Assembly (NCBI GenBank): GCA_903831805.1
Contig: CAIKZD010000009.1
Location: 217,939-281,938, forward strand
Direction of reading: 5' to 3'
DNA from: an uncultured bacterium
GTDB taxonomy: Bacteria; Patescibacteriota; Minisyncoccia; Moranbacterales; UBA2206
DNA: 64,000 nucleotides
The stretch's first letter is position 1. The number at the start of each line of letters is the position of its first letter. Shown here one piece after another: positions 10,285 through 20,666 of the stretch. The notes below the pieces were generated by a model. It was given only the letters and a program-made list of their open reading frames with translations. It was not told the DNA's origin and ran no database searches. Made by a program: the position numbers and the translations under genes.

Positions 10285-10473
10285 ATGACCGGACAACAAC
10301 AAAAAGATAGGAGAAAGGCTCTCGAGGTATTGGATGCTCTGGAAAAAGAAGGTGCAGATGTTACAGCTCTCAGGGAGCTTATTGAAGAAAATGGTAAAGT
10401 AAACTATGGCATCAGTCCAGGACTTATACCATGCACTGCTTTCAATACCATGCTTGAAGATGATGATTACTAA
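10285..10473 (+). CDS. small acidic protein (62 aa)
   Basis: Strong SD (agagggg) 7 nt before the ATG. First gene of a compact promoter-to-terminator cassette. Confidence 0.45.
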   Translation: MTGQQQKDRRKALEVLDALEKEGADVTALRELIEENGKVNYGISPGLIPCTAFNTMLEDDDY

Positions 10474-10489
10474 CAAAGAGGAGGTAGCT

Positions 10490-10699
10490 ATGGATACAAG
10501 CACTTTAGTAATTACTGTTATTGTTATTGTTGTTGTTTGGTTTATTGCTGGGTATGCCGCTGCATGGGGAAGTATACCTGGAAAAGAAAACAATATTCAA
10601 TTGAACTGGAAAAATGTTAAACTTCTCGTCGGCGGGCCAATATCACTTACCTGTGTCGTTGTAAGTAGATTACTTGACATACTTCCAACCATTGATTAA
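10490..10699 (+). CDS. small single-TM membrane protein (69 aa)
   Basis: Near-consensus SD aagaggagg before the ATG at 10490. Translates to MDTSTLVITVIVIVVVWFIAGYAAAWG... The ORF track chose a longer upstream start. Confidence 0.45.
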   Translation: MDTSTLVITVIVIVVVWFIAGYAAAWGSIPGKENNIQLNWKNVKLLVGGPISLTCVVVSRLLDILPTID

Positions 10700-10707
10700 C
10701 CCTTCCC

Positions 10708-10752
10708 CCGGTCCCGGCTTGTATAACTCGCCGTGACCGGATTTTTTTTATT
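10708..10752 (+). terminator. rho-independent terminator
   Basis: GC-rich hairpin ccggtc...gaccgg followed by a run of eight T. Confidence 0.6.
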
Positions 10753-10810
10753 CAAGAAATACATTTCATCCTTAATCCTAAAAACCACAAAAGTCAAATG
10801 TCTACAGTTC

Positions 10811-12448
10811 TTATATTCCACTGATCTCACCTGTATCTTCTTCAAGAATAAGTTGTTTTTTGCGGAAAAGTCTCCTATTTAAAGATCCTTTCAAATAAAT
10901 ATATTCTTCCATTCTAAGCAGGTGTGCCACAAGAATAAAAACCGCCACGCCGGCCATCGAAGAAATAACCAATTGCGAAAAAACGCCGATAAATCTTTCC
11001 AGATCAACCAGGCCGGACATCAGATATTTGAAAAGTTGCACGGAGAGGCCCGCAAAAAAAGTAGCTGTGACAACTTTGCCAACGCTAATGATTATCCTGC
11101 GATCATCCAAATTTTCAAACTCCATGCGCAACGCAAAAAGCAAAAGAAACATCTGGACCACCGCAGCTAGAGAAAAAGCAATGGCCAAACTGAGAATCTG
11201 GTATTTTCCAATCAGAAGCACCACGGCCAAAATATTGACCCCCTCGCTGACGAGGGCGATATAGAAGGGCGTCTTAGTGTTGTGCATGGCATAGAAGGCC
11301 CGCGCCAAAAGCGGCGTCACACTCTGCGCGAAAAGACTGAGCGAAAAAATGCCAAGACATTGGAAAGTGAGAATGGTATCTTCCCAGTCGAATTTCCCCG
11401 CCCCAAAAACCACCCGCACGATTTGCGCTCGGAGCAAAAGCATCAGAACACTGATCGGAATGACGAAAAAAATAATTTGCCGGAAAGTTTCGGAAAAGGC
11501 ATTGATAAATTCTTCGTTTTTTTTCTGAGCAAACAAACTGGAAAGAGTTGGAAAAACGGCCATCGCGAAAGAAATTCCGACCAGCCCCAAGGGCACGCTT
11601 TGCAAATTTTGCGCCAAATTAAAAACGCCCAGTGATCCGGAGGCTAAGAGTGAGGCAAAAATTGTGATAACAAAAAGATTGATCTGATTGACTGCGATGC
11701 CCATGGTACGCGGAATCATTAAGGTGAAAACTTTGCGCACTTCTTGATTGGAAAAACTGGCCGCCAATGACCACTTATGTTTAAATCCCAGTTGACCGAC
11801 AAAAAGATATTGGGACATGAGATGCAAAAATCCCCCGAAAACCACGCCCCACGCCAGACCGATCGGTCCCATCATCCTGGCAAACACCAGAATGCCAAAA
11901 ATGATGCCGGCATTATAAAAAATCGGCGCCAAAGAATAGGTCAGAAAACGTTTATAAGAAGTTAGAATACCGCCAAGGATGCCACTAATACCTAGAAGCA
12001 AGGGGCTGAGAAACATGACTCGGGTGAAAACTACCAACTGTGCCAATTTGTCGGGCGAGAACCCGGGTGTGAGCGCTTTCATAATGAACGGAGTAAAAAT
12101 GGCAAAGGCAGCGGAGAGGACCACGATGAAACACAAAGCCAAATTCATAATACCATTCGCCATGTCCCACGCCTCTTCTTCTTTATCATTACTGAGCATC
12201 GCCGCAAACACCGGAATAAAAGCGGAAGAGAGCGCCCCCACAATAAGCAGATTGTAAATCAGATCCGGCACGCGAAAGGCAGCGTAGTAGACATCGAGTG
12301 TATCCCCTGCTCCAAAAGTAGAAGCCAGCAAACGATCACGAAAAAGTCCCAGCACTCGACTGACTAAGCCTGTCACAGTAATCAAAAACGCCGCCGAAAC
12401 AACCGAGCCGGAAATATGGTCATTGAGTTTTAGGATTTTTTTGATCAT
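10811..12448 (-). CDS. murJ: lipid II flippase MurJ
   Basis: 545-aa polytopic protein with MurJ/MviN N-terminal conserved residues (LFRDRLLASTFGAGDTLDVYYAAFRVPDLIYNLLIVGALSSAFIPVF). Confidence 0.85.
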   Translation of the reverse strand: MIKKILKLNDHISGSVVSAAFLITVTGLVSRVLGLFRDRLLASTFGAGDTLDVYYAAFRVPDLIYNLLIVGALSSAFIPVFAAMLSNDKEEEAWDMANGIMNLALCFIVVLSAAFAIFTPFIMKALTPGFSPDKLAQLVVFTRVMFLSPLLLGISGILGGILTSYKRFLTYSLAPIFYNAGIIFGILVFARMMGPIGLAWGVVFGGFLHLMSQYLFVGQLGFKHKWSLAASFSNQEVRKVFTLMIPRTMGIAVNQINLFVITIFASLLASGSLGVFNLAQNLQSVPLGLVGISFAMAVFPTLSSLFAQKKNEEFINAFSETFRQIIFFVIPISVLMLLLRAQIVRVVFGAGKFDWEDTILTFQCLGIFSLSLFAQSVTPLLARAFYAMHNTKTPFYIALVSEGVNILAVVLLIGKYQILSLAIAFSLAAVVQMFLLLFALRMEFENLDDRRIIISVGKVVTATFFAGLSVQLFKYLMSGLVDLERFIGVFSQLVISSMAGVAVFILVAHLLRMEEYIYLKGSLNRRLFRKKQLILEEDTGEISGI

Positions 12449-12452
12449 ACTA

Positions 12453-14825
12453 TTATTGCGTAAATGCTACTCCGATAAATTTGTCTGTTTTTAAATCAGT
12501 TTCCGTCCTGGCGCCCATTTCATTATTCGGCCCACTATCAGTGGGCAACATTTTGAGATCCGGCGATTGCCAAAGAGTTTTGTAGGTGGATGGATAATCG
12601 ATCTCACTGGAAAAACCGCTCCCCAGGCTGCCGGATTGTTTCTGCGCCAAGAGCGAATAAGTATCCGAGAGATGTAACGGATCCATGACTATTTTGAAAG
12701 GCAAGAGATAGGTATATTTAACGGTCACTGTTTCTTTCGGACTGACATAAACCCAATTGGCAAAAACAGTTTTTTCGCCGGTGGTATAAATTTTGGTTCC
12801 ACTCTCCGGATCGATTTGGGCCGCATCTTCTTCCGCTTGCACTTGCGGGTCACTGCTATACCCAAGTGCTTTGTAATCGAGCGGCGGAGCATCCACTTCG
12901 CGCGTCTGGCCTTCGGCGCTGAGCAGTTTCGCGCCTTTGGGCACATACACACGCAAATAATCAGCATTCACCTTGTTCCACCATTCATAAGGCGTATCTC
13001 CTCCATTATGATGACGAACAATCGTCAAGGTGTCAATGATACTGCCATCGGCTTGAATCTCGGCTTTATGCGTCAAGTGCTCATCAATCACCCCGTCAGT
13101 CTTAAAACCATTAATATTAGTGTTTATAACGCTCACATAATCTTTCGGAGTGTTTAACATTTCTCCCGACCAACCATTATCCGACAAGACCTGCTCAATC
13201 TCGGGATTCTTGGAATAGATCAAAATCTGTTTTTCATTAAGACTGGCCACTAGCACGTTTAGCGCCTGAGACATCTCAGAAAAACTTTTCATATTCAGTA
13301 TCTTATCCAGAATTTTGGGCGCCAGATCTCCCAAAATTTTCTTGGGATTATTCAATTCCTTATCATAATCCACTTCCACTTGATATTGGATTTCCTGGAT
13401 AAAATTATCCTTGTCGACTGTAATGCCATATTCCGGCATCTCAATCGGACCGGTCATCTCCAGCAGTTTTTGCATCACTGTCGGCGTCATAGTGACAACG
13501 CCGTCCACCGTGGGACCACCGGCTTTTTCATAGAACCAGGCCGCTTTTTCAGCGCTGGTGGGAAAATCCGGGAACCAGTTGGAGTCATGCAAGCTCCAAT
13601 TGGCGCTGATTTTTTGGATAGGCCCAGGTGGGATAATTTTAGTCCTGAGCTGCCCGTCCGGATTGAATATTCCGTCGATGAAAAACTTGCGCACTCGTCC
13701 GTTAAAAATATCCAAGAGGCCATAGCTACCGATGAAGCCGCCCGTCGCGCGGGCCTCCTGATTGTTTTGGAATAGGAACAAATATTTCCGCGGCCCATTG
13801 CCACCCAAAATGTCATTAAAGATTTTTTCTTGCCCCAAAAAAGCGGCGGCGGCCTGATTGACTTCCGGCAGCGCCTGTTTCATTTCCACAAATTGGCTCC
13901 TTTCGCTGCTCGGCACATCATCCACATTAACACTATTTAATTCCTTTTGCGCCGAAGCAAACAGCGCGGCGATCTGTTTGAGATGATCCTCATTGCCGCG
14001 GAAAAGACTGAGATATGAAATGGAATTACCTTGATCATTTCCCGTTTTTAGAGCGTCCATATTTTTGAGCATCCCCGCAGCCAAGATTCCAATCTGGGAA
14101 ATATCATTGCCGGCGGAAATGATGTGGCTACCGGAGGAAATTTTGGAGAGATAAGGCACGTATTTAGTCGCATTCACCAGGAGTTGCCCCATGTCATCAA
14201 ACTGACCAGACACTTGATCCAATTTTTCATGCGCGCTATTGAACTCGCCGTAAGCTTTCTCAAAATTGCCGCTTTTGATGCTGCCTTTGGCCGCTAAGAT
14301 TTCCCCCATCGCCGCCTCTGCGTTCGCGAGACCATTTTTCTTAATGGCCAATCCGCGGATGACAAAATTAGCCACTAACGCAATCGCTATGAAGGCGACG
14401 CCGAACTTCAAAAAAAGCACAGTTCTTCTTTTTTTTTCTTGCCCGGATAATGGACGTGTCTTTTCCAAGCGGAACGTTGGCGCGTTTTCCTCTTCTTCTG
14501 AATTTACGTTCTGATAATCGCGATCAGTTGCCTCAGCATAATTTCGACTGCCGCTGTTGGAAAAATCTTCCCATTGTTTCTTTTCCGCCTCCCTTTCTTC
14601 TCGCAGATATTTACTATAGCTAAACTCTTCCTGCTTTTTATCCGGTGGCTGTACTACGCCGCGAGTTGACATACCTCTTTCAACTGCATTGCTAACACCC
14701 TCCTCCACTTCCACAAGAGTCACAACTTTTTTCATTTTTTTGATTTTTTCCAGATCCAAATCACCCGCCTCATTGACCGGTCTGACATCGAACATTTGTG
14801 GTAATATTTTTTTTCGTTCTGTCAT
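12453..14825 (-). CDS. large membrane-anchored protein, DUF4012-like (recalled from memory)
   Basis: An N-terminal charged region, one TM helix and a roughly 600-aa extracytoplasmic domain (..YLFLFQNNQEARATGGFIGSYGLL..). It sits at the head of the glycosyltransferase cluster. Start taken at MTERKK.. to avoid overlap with the next gene. Confidence 0.45.
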   Translation of the reverse strand: MTERKKILPQMFDVRPVNEAGDLDLEKIKKMKKVVTLVEVEEGVSNAVERGMSTRGVVQPPDKKQEEFSYSKYLREEREAEKKQWEDFSNSGSRNYAEATDRDYQNVNSEEEENAPTFRLEKTRPLSGQEKKRRTVLFLKFGVAFIAIALVANFVIRGLAIKKNGLANAEAAMGEILAAKGSIKSGNFEKAYGEFNSAHEKLDQVSGQFDDMGQLLVNATKYVPYLSKISSGSHIISAGNDISQIGILAAGMLKNMDALKTGNDQGNSISYLSLFRGNEDHLKQIAALFASAQKELNSVNVDDVPSSERSQFVEMKQALPEVNQAAAAFLGQEKIFNDILGGNGPRKYLFLFQNNQEARATGGFIGSYGLLDIFNGRVRKFFIDGIFNPDGQLRTKIIPPGPIQKISANWSLHDSNWFPDFPTSAEKAAWFYEKAGGPTVDGVVTMTPTVMQKLLEMTGPIEMPEYGITVDKDNFIQEIQYQVEVDYDKELNNPKKILGDLAPKILDKILNMKSFSEMSQALNVLVASLNEKQILIYSKNPEIEQVLSDNGWSGEMLNTPKDYVSVINTNINGFKTDGVIDEHLTHKAEIQADGSIIDTLTIVRHHNGGDTPYEWWNKVNADYLRVYVPKGAKLLSAEGQTREVDAPPLDYKALGYSSDPQVQAEEDAAQIDPESGTKIYTTGEKTVFANWVYVSPKETVTVKYTYLLPFKIVMDPLHLSDTYSLLAQKQSGSLGSGFSSEIDYPSTYKTLWQSPDLKMLPTDSGPNNEMGARTETDLKTDKFIGVAFTQ

Positions 14826-15952
14826 CGCTTTCTTATTTTTCCATAAAGTTCCAACGTCTCCTCCGCCATTTTTTTCCAACTATACTTCTTAGCTTGTGCG
14901 TATCCTTTTTCAATCAAATCTTGGCGTAATTTTTCGTCCTTAAAAATATCGCGGAGAGCGCTTGCGATGCTTTCCACATTTTGACCGTCAAAATAGTAAG
15001 CACTGCTGCCCAAAATTTCCCGTGCACAAGCATAGTCCGAAGCCACCACCGGCGTCCCGCGCGACATCGCTTCCAGGGCCGGCAGTTCAAAGCCCTCATG
15101 CAAAGATGGCCGGACATATGCCAAAGCATTCCGGTACAGCGCGTCCAAATCATAATCCGGCACAAATCCGGCAAACACCACGTTACCGATGCCATTCTCT
15201 GCGACTAAATTTTTCAGTCTCGTATAAAAATAGTCTTCCCCGCCCACAAAAACCAATTCCACTTCTTTAGTTTCGGTTTCGATTTTTTTCATCGCTAGCA
15301 CCAACCGCTCCGGATTTTTGTGCGGATAGACGTTGCCCACATACAGGAAGAACGGCTTGGCGATCCCGTAGCGCGGCAAAATTTGTTCCTTGGCCCGAAA
15401 ATTGAACAAGCAATAATCGTCGCAAGCTTCATAAGTGACCACAATTTTCTCCTCGGGAATTCTGGGATAATTTCTAAGAATGTCCTTTTTGGTGAAACGC
15501 GAAACGGCAATGATGCGGTTCGAGCGATGGACCGCCGAACTGATGACCATCTTATAAGCCGTAAATTTCAACCAATACAGAATGGGCGACAAGGTAGAAC
15601 TTCGGATGGTTGGATAATTAAGCAATATCAAATCATGGATAGTCACGATAAATTTTCCGAAATAAAAAATCGGCACGTTGAAATGCGGAAAATGCGCCAG
15701 ATCCAATTTATATTTTTTCAAGAGCCGGGGGAATTTCAATTGTTCGGCAAAACCATACCATTTGAAATCCGCTAGCACTTTTTGAAAATTTTTGTTCTGT
15801 GGTACATATTCGTCAAAATTTTCTTTTTTCAAGAAGATAAAATACTGATTCTCACGATCGGTTTTTTCCAAATTTTCTATTAGTTTTTGCGTATACCGCC
15901 CCAGCCCCTTCCCAATCGGGCCATAAAAACGCGCATCAATCCCTATTCGCAT
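14822..15952 (-). CDS. glycosyltransferase family 4
   Basis: C-terminal EX7E region (EGFELPALEAMSRGTPVVASD). Confidence 0.8.
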   Translation of the reverse strand: MRIGIDARFYGPIGKGLGRYTQKLIENLEKTDRENQYFIFLKKENFDEYVPQNKNFQKVLADFKWYGFAEQLKFPRLLKKYKLDLAHFPHFNVPIFYFGKFIVTIHDLILLNYPTIRSSTLSPILYWLKFTAYKMVISSAVHRSNRIIAVSRFTKKDILRNYPRIPEEKIVVTYEACDDYCLFNFRAKEQILPRYGIAKPFFLYVGNVYPHKNPERLVLAMKKIETETKEVELVFVGGEDYFYTRLKNLVAENGIGNVVFAGFVPDYDLDALYRNALAYVRPSLHEGFELPALEAMSRGTPVVASDYACAREILGSSAYYFDGQNVESIASALRDIFKDEKLRQDLIEKGYAQAKKYSWKKMAEETLELYGKIRKR

Positions 15953-16043
15953 AATGGCTGATTTTTATATTTACGCTTCCATCCATAACCGCCTCTAGCT
16001 GATTTAATTATACCAAAAAGTCAAGTTTATGGACAGCCAAAAA

Positions 16044-16098
16044 AACAGAGACGCAAAAAAGTAGAGACGCAGCATTGCTGCGTCTCTATTTTTTTGGT
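16044..16098. terminator. palindromic hairpin agagacgcagca-t-tgctgcgtctct followed by a T-run; second copy at 30087
   Basis: 12-bp perfect stem at 16064..16088 followed by atttttttgg. Fits as terminator for the minus-strand GT4 gene. Confidence 0.5.
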
Positions 16099-16109
16099 TA
16101 TGCTATTTC

Positions 16110-17273
16110 TTACAAAGAATTAAACACTTTCAACGTTTTTCGCGCGGTGACCATCCAATCAAATTCCTTGGCTTTCTCCAAACCTTTTTTTGCCAGTGTT
16201 TCTCGCAATTCGTGATCAGTGAGGGCTTCCCGCATGGCGCGGTAGAGTTCATCGGGTTTGTCGGGGTCGACCAGGATGGCTGCGTCGCCGACCACTTCCG
16301 GGAGCGACGAATTATTGCTGGTGATGACCGGCACACCGCATTTCATAGCTTCCAAGGGCGGAAAACCGAATCCTTCAAAAAAAGACGGATAGACAAAAAG
16401 CGCCGATAGATTATACAGATACGGCTTGGCTTCGTTGGGGATAGCATGAATCACTTTAATTTTTTTGCGGTAAGGAGAATTTTCAATTTCAGAGAAAGTT
16501 GTTGCCGCGTTCCAGCCTGACTCGCCCACAATCACCAGCTCATATTTCAAAAGATCCTGACGAGAAGCCGCTGAGGCATATTCTTGTAAAGCGTTATAAG
16601 CCCGCACCGTCCCAATGATATTTTTTCTCGGCTCAATCGTACCGAGGATCAAAATGAAATGATAGGGCAAGGCATATTCTTCCTTTGTCTTGATCAGCTG
16701 CGCATCGTTCCGGTCGATAATCTTAAAATTATGGCCCACCGCGCTATGAATGATTTCAATTTTTTCTTTGCCTATGCCATAAAGACTGACCAGATCATGC
16801 GCAGTCGATTGCGAAACAGCGATAAGTTTTTGCGCCGAGCGACAGATGTTTTTGGTGTTTATGAACATGTGCCACCATTTTCTTTTATAGGAAAAATATT
16901 CGCTATGGCGCTCGAAAGAAAGATCATGCACCGTCAGCACTAATTTCGCTTTCTGGCTCACCGCGCCAAAGATAATATTGGGCATAAAAACCACGTCAGC
17001 ATTCCCGCATAATTGATCGATTTTTGGCCAAGCTAAATACCAAAAAGCCAGATTAAGCAGCTTGTTAGGAATTTTCAATCTTTTTAGACTGACATTTTTA
17101 TAGTCGGCAAAAATCCCGAAATCAAAATTCGGTTCCTTCCAAGAGTTTAGAAAAAGAATATACTCATTTTTGCGGTCCAACTTGAACAAGCTCTGCAAAA
17201 GTCCGAGCGTGTATTCCTCCACCCCGGTGCGTCTTCCCTCCATCAGGCATCTGACATCGATTGCAATCTTCAT
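16110..17273 (-). CDS. glycosyltransferase family 4
   Basis: [20 protein letters not shown] motif. Confidence 0.8.
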   Translation of the reverse strand: MKIAIDVRCLMEGRRTGVEEYTLGLLQSLFKLDRKNEYILFLNSWKEPNFDFGIFADYKNVSLKRLKIPNKLLNLAFWYLAWPKIDQLCGNADVVFMPNIIFGAVSQKAKLVLTVHDLSFERHSEYFSYKRKWWHMFINTKNICRSAQKLIAVSQSTAHDLVSLYGIGKEKIEIIHSAVGHNFKIIDRNDAQLIKTKEEYALPYHFILILGTIEPRKNIIGTVRAYNALQEYASAASRQDLLKYELVIVGESGWNAATTFSEIENSPYRKKIKVIHAIPNEAKPYLYNLSALFVYPSFFEGFGFPPLEAMKCGVPVITSNNSSLPEVVGDAAILVDPDKPDELYRAMREALTDHELRETLAKKGLEKAKEFDWMVTARKTLKVFNSL

Positions 17274-17300
17274 ATGTTGATCAGTATTTCTGCTGAGCTG

Positions 17301-17906
17301 TTATTCCAAATAATGTTTGATTAGCACCACCCAAAAGGCCAAAAATATTCCTAGGCAGAGTGACGCCAAAAGAATGATAAAATAATTCGGCTGGAACTTC
17401 GCAATCACCGGTGCGCCATAAACCAGCTTGAACCAGGTGTTTTCTTTTTGATCCAGGTTCAGTGCCTCCGTATTGCCGTTGAGCACATTCACGACACCAG
17501 CCGAGATTTTTTGCGCCTGACCCGCAAGCGGCGCATGAAATGAAACATTCACGACCTGAGAAGATCTTTTTTCGGCGGTAATATTTTTGGCAAACTGGCC
17601 CGGAGAAAAAGCACTGGCGTCGATGTTGGCTGCGGTATAAATATCGCTTACCACGCGCGGACTTTTCAGCCACTCTACCAGCGTATCGGCAAATCTTTCA
17701 TCGGCTTGCAAACGATAGAAATCGTCATATTTATAATCCGCTGTATCCTGCGTGCCAAGCCGCGTAATGCTCAACGTAAGAGAAGCATCATAGCGCACCG
17801 GCAAAAAATAGAAATAACCGAGAGCGATAATCACAACGGTCAAAATCGTTCCAAGAAAAATATTCTTATGTTTTTTTATTATATTGTAATATTCCTTGAG
17901 CTCCAT
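17301..17906 (-). CDS. Wzz/YveK-like polysaccharide chain-length determinant (short form)
   Basis: N- and C-terminal TM helices flank a periplasmic domain; located in the polysaccharide locus. Confidence 0.5.
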   Translation of the reverse strand: MELKEYYNIIKKHKNIFLGTILTVVIIALGYFYFLPVRYDASLTLSITRLGTQDTADYKYDDFYRLQADERFADTLVEWLKSPRVVSDIYTAANIDASAFSPGQFAKNITAEKRSSQVVNVSFHAPLAGQAQKISAGVVNVLNGNTEALNLDQKENTWFKLVYGAPVIAKFQPNYFIILLASLCLGIFLAFWVVLIKHYLE

Positions 17907-18068
17907 ATTTTTTAAATTTCAAAATCTAAATTTCAAATTTCAAATCAATTTCCAATGACAAATTTCAAATTTTTGTCATTTGAATTTTAGATTTTATTTG
18001 ACATTTGTAATTTGAAATTTGTAATTTTTTCATACCTCATTCTTTGCACAAAGTCATTTAACCACACT
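17907..18068. repeat. AT-rich imperfect palindrome / short tandem motifs (aatttcaaat family)
   Basis: aaatttcaaatttcaaat ... atttgaaatttgtaatt arms centred near 17975, upstream of the wzz-like gene. Confidence 0.4.
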
Positions 18069-19172
18069 TTAACCTTCTTCCTTGAACAAATTGTACTCCC
18101 TTTCCACGTAGTCTTTAATTTTAGCTTTAAATAGACTTTTGTCAAATTTCAAGACCGAATTGCGGATATAGTGCGCGTCATAGTGCGCCGCGTCGAATTT
18201 CTTAACAGCCGCCATGATGCTTTCAGCCGTCTGTTCATCAAAGAAAATTCCTGTCTTACCTTCTTCCACGTGCTCCGGGATATCTCCCCCGCGATACGCG
18301 ATGAGCGGCGTGCCGGCCGCCATGGCCTCAATCGCGGTAATGCCGAAATCTTCTTCTTGCGGAAAAATCAAAGCCTGGCACTGCGCAAAGTGTTGTCGTA
18401 ATTCCTCATCACTCACGCGCCCCAAAAATTCCACGTTGGACTTGGCCATCTTCTTAAGCTTGCCAAATTCCGGCCCGCGCCCGATCACTTTGAGCGCCAG
18501 TCCCATCCGGCTGAAAGCTTCCACCACAATATCAAAACGCTTATAAGCCATCATGCGGCCGGAAACTAAAAAATAATTTTTCTTTTCCGGACTGATGGCA
18601 AAATCATGGACATCAATAGGCGGATTGATCACCAGACTGTCTCTTTTATAATATTTTTTTATCCGGCGCGCGATGAAGTGTGAATTAGCAATAATTCTGT
18701 CCGGCCGATCGGCGCTGGAGCGGTCCCACAAACGGACATAGTTCATCGCGAACGGCACCAGTTTTTTGACGCAACTCGGAAAAGAAAAATCGCGCGTATA
18801 TTTTTGACAATCATCCCACGCGAATCTCATCGGCGTATGGATGTAGGAAATGTGCAGCGTGTCCACGCCAGTGATGATGCCTTTAGCGAAACTGGAAGAA
18901 TCAGAGAGCACCAGATCATAATCGGAAAAATCGAATTGTTCGATGGCAAAAGGCATGAACTGGGGAAAAATACGATGGCGCATAATGGCAAAAGGGATTT
19001 TTTGCAAAAAAGAAGTCCGAATGTCCTTGCCGGCGAAACTGCCGTGCATCAATTTCTCGCTATAGATCAAAGTATAAATCGGCGCATCCGGAAAAAGCTC
19101 GCAAAAAGCTTCCAGCACTTTTTCTGCGCCGCCATTCTGCACTAAATAATCATGAACTAGGGCGATTCTCAT
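18069..19172 (-). CDS. glycosyltransferase family 4
   Basis: GT4 fold with an E..E C-terminal motif region (FGITAIEAMAAGTPLIA). Confidence 0.8.
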   Translation of the reverse strand: MRIALVHDYLVQNGGAEKVLEAFCELFPDAPIYTLIYSEKLMHGSFAGKDIRTSFLQKIPFAIMRHRIFPQFMPFAIEQFDFSDYDLVLSDSSSFAKGIITGVDTLHISYIHTPMRFAWDDCQKYTRDFSFPSCVKKLVPFAMNYVRLWDRSSADRPDRIIANSHFIARRIKKYYKRDSLVINPPIDVHDFAISPEKKNYFLVSGRMMAYKRFDIVVEAFSRMGLALKVIGRGPEFGKLKKMAKSNVEFLGRVSDEELRQHFAQCQALIFPQEEDFGITAIEAMAAGTPLIAYRGGDIPEHVEEGKTGIFFDEQTAESIMAAVKKFDAAHYDAHYIRNSVLKFDKSLFKAKIKDYVEREYNLFKEEG

Positions 19173-19233
19173 ATAACTCCATTATACCAAAAAACCGCCC
19201 AAAAGGCGATTTTAAGGAAACTTTCAAAAAATA

Positions 19234-20649
19234 CTATAAATTGCGTCTTTTTCGAAACAGTACCCCGACAGTCTTCAAACAAATTTGAATGTCGAGCCAC
19301 AAAGACCAGTTCTCAATGTAATACAAATCAAGTCGATATTCATCTTCAAAATCCAGATCCGAGCGGCCGGAAATCTGCGCCATGCCGGTCACGCCGGGTT
19401 TGATAGTGAGAAGTCGACGGTGATATTCCATATATTTTTCCACTTCCCTTTTCTGGTGTGGCCGCGGGCCCACCAAGCTCATCGAACCGAACAACACATT
19501 GAAAAATTGCGGCAGTTCATCGATGGAATATTTCTCAATGAATCTGCCTACCCGCGTCTTTCGCGGGTCGTCTTTGATTTTGTAGAGCGGACCCCTCCTA
19601 ACACTTTGCTTATCAATCAATTCTTTTTCATATTTCAAAGCGTCTTGCAAATTTGGGTTTTTCTTAGAAATGCAAAATTCATTCTTGAAATAGCGAAATT
19701 TATACACAAAAATCTTCTTACCGTTGTCGCCGATGCGTTCATTCTTGTAGATGATTGGGCCTTCACTGTCTAAATTGATTGCCAGCGCTGTGGCAAGCAT
19801 GATCGGCGAAGTGATGATGATGCCGCAGATCGAAGCGATGATATCAAAAACCCGTTTCAAAATCCGGCCCCAACCTTCCAAAGGTGTGTTTCTCACCTCG
19901 ATGATCGGCTCGCCGGAGAGGACGCCCAAAGTGAATTTGGAAGTTTGCAACGTAGTGGGGATATATTTAAATTCAATATTATTAATAGCGGAATAGTCGA
20001 TCAATTTTTCTTGCTCGGCGTCCGTGATCATCGGGTCGCACAAAATGATTTCGTCAATGCCTTTTTCTTTTTGAATGCCTTTAATTATGTGCGGACTAGC
20101 CGTTTCAATTTGATCGATGACGCGATATCCCATGTTCGGAGTCTGGCTGATGATTTTGGAAATTTTGTCCATCTTGCCATTCCGACCGATCAAAAGAATT
20201 TTGTGCACCCCGATGCCGCGCGTCCTCAAAAGCCATTTTTGGATGAGCTGGATCAAATAGCGCGCCATGACGATATAGAAAGTGCCCAGCATCCAAGCGG
20301 ACAAAATGACAAAGCGCGAAGAAAACCATTCCCGTTTCAAAAATATCGCCACGATGACAATCACCAACCCGATGGAAGTGGCGGAAAAAATCTTCAACAC
20401 TTCTTTCCAAAATTTGCGCGTAGAGCGGATGTCATACAAGCCTTCAATGGCATAGATGATGATGAAAATCGGTGCCACCATCAGAATAATTTTGATATAG
20501 CTATGGAAAGGGAAAGTGTAGAGTTTGGGTTTCAACGCCAAAATTTCCGGCACATTCCGGATAGTATAGGCTGAAACCGCCGCCAAGACCAACATCAAAA
20601 AATCAACGGGGACTTGGATGGCGCTAAAAAATAATTCTGATTTTTTCAT
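19234..20649 (-). CDS. undecaprenyl-phosphate sugar phosphotransferase (WbaP/WcaJ-type initiating transferase)
   Basis: N-terminal TM bundle and C-terminal bacterial sugar transferase domain (DELPQFFNVLFGSMSLVGPRP). Confidence 0.85.
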   Translation of the reverse strand: MKKSELFFSAIQVPVDFLMLVLAAVSAYTIRNVPEILALKPKLYTFPFHSYIKIILMVAPIFIIIYAIEGLYDIRSTRKFWKEVLKIFSATSIGLVIVIVAIFLKREWFSSRFVILSAWMLGTFYIVMARYLIQLIQKWLLRTRGIGVHKILLIGRNGKMDKISKIISQTPNMGYRVIDQIETASPHIIKGIQKEKGIDEIILCDPMITDAEQEKLIDYSAINNIEFKYIPTTLQTSKFTLGVLSGEPIIEVRNTPLEGWGRILKRVFDIIASICGIIITSPIMLATALAINLDSEGPIIYKNERIGDNGKKIFVYKFRYFKNEFCISKKNPNLQDALKYEKELIDKQSVRRGPLYKIKDDPRKTRVGRFIEKYSIDELPQFFNVLFGSMSLVGPRPHQKREVEKYMEYHRRLLTIKPGVTGMAQISGRSDLDFEDEYRLDLYYIENWSLWLDIQICLKTVGVLFRKRRNL

Positions 20650-20666
20650 ATTTTAATCATTTATCA

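Noticed and set aside
17281-17673. 130-aa ORF overlapping the wzz-like gene in another frame
   Set aside because: It is fully nested in a better-supported ORF and its composition is Arg/Cys-rich.
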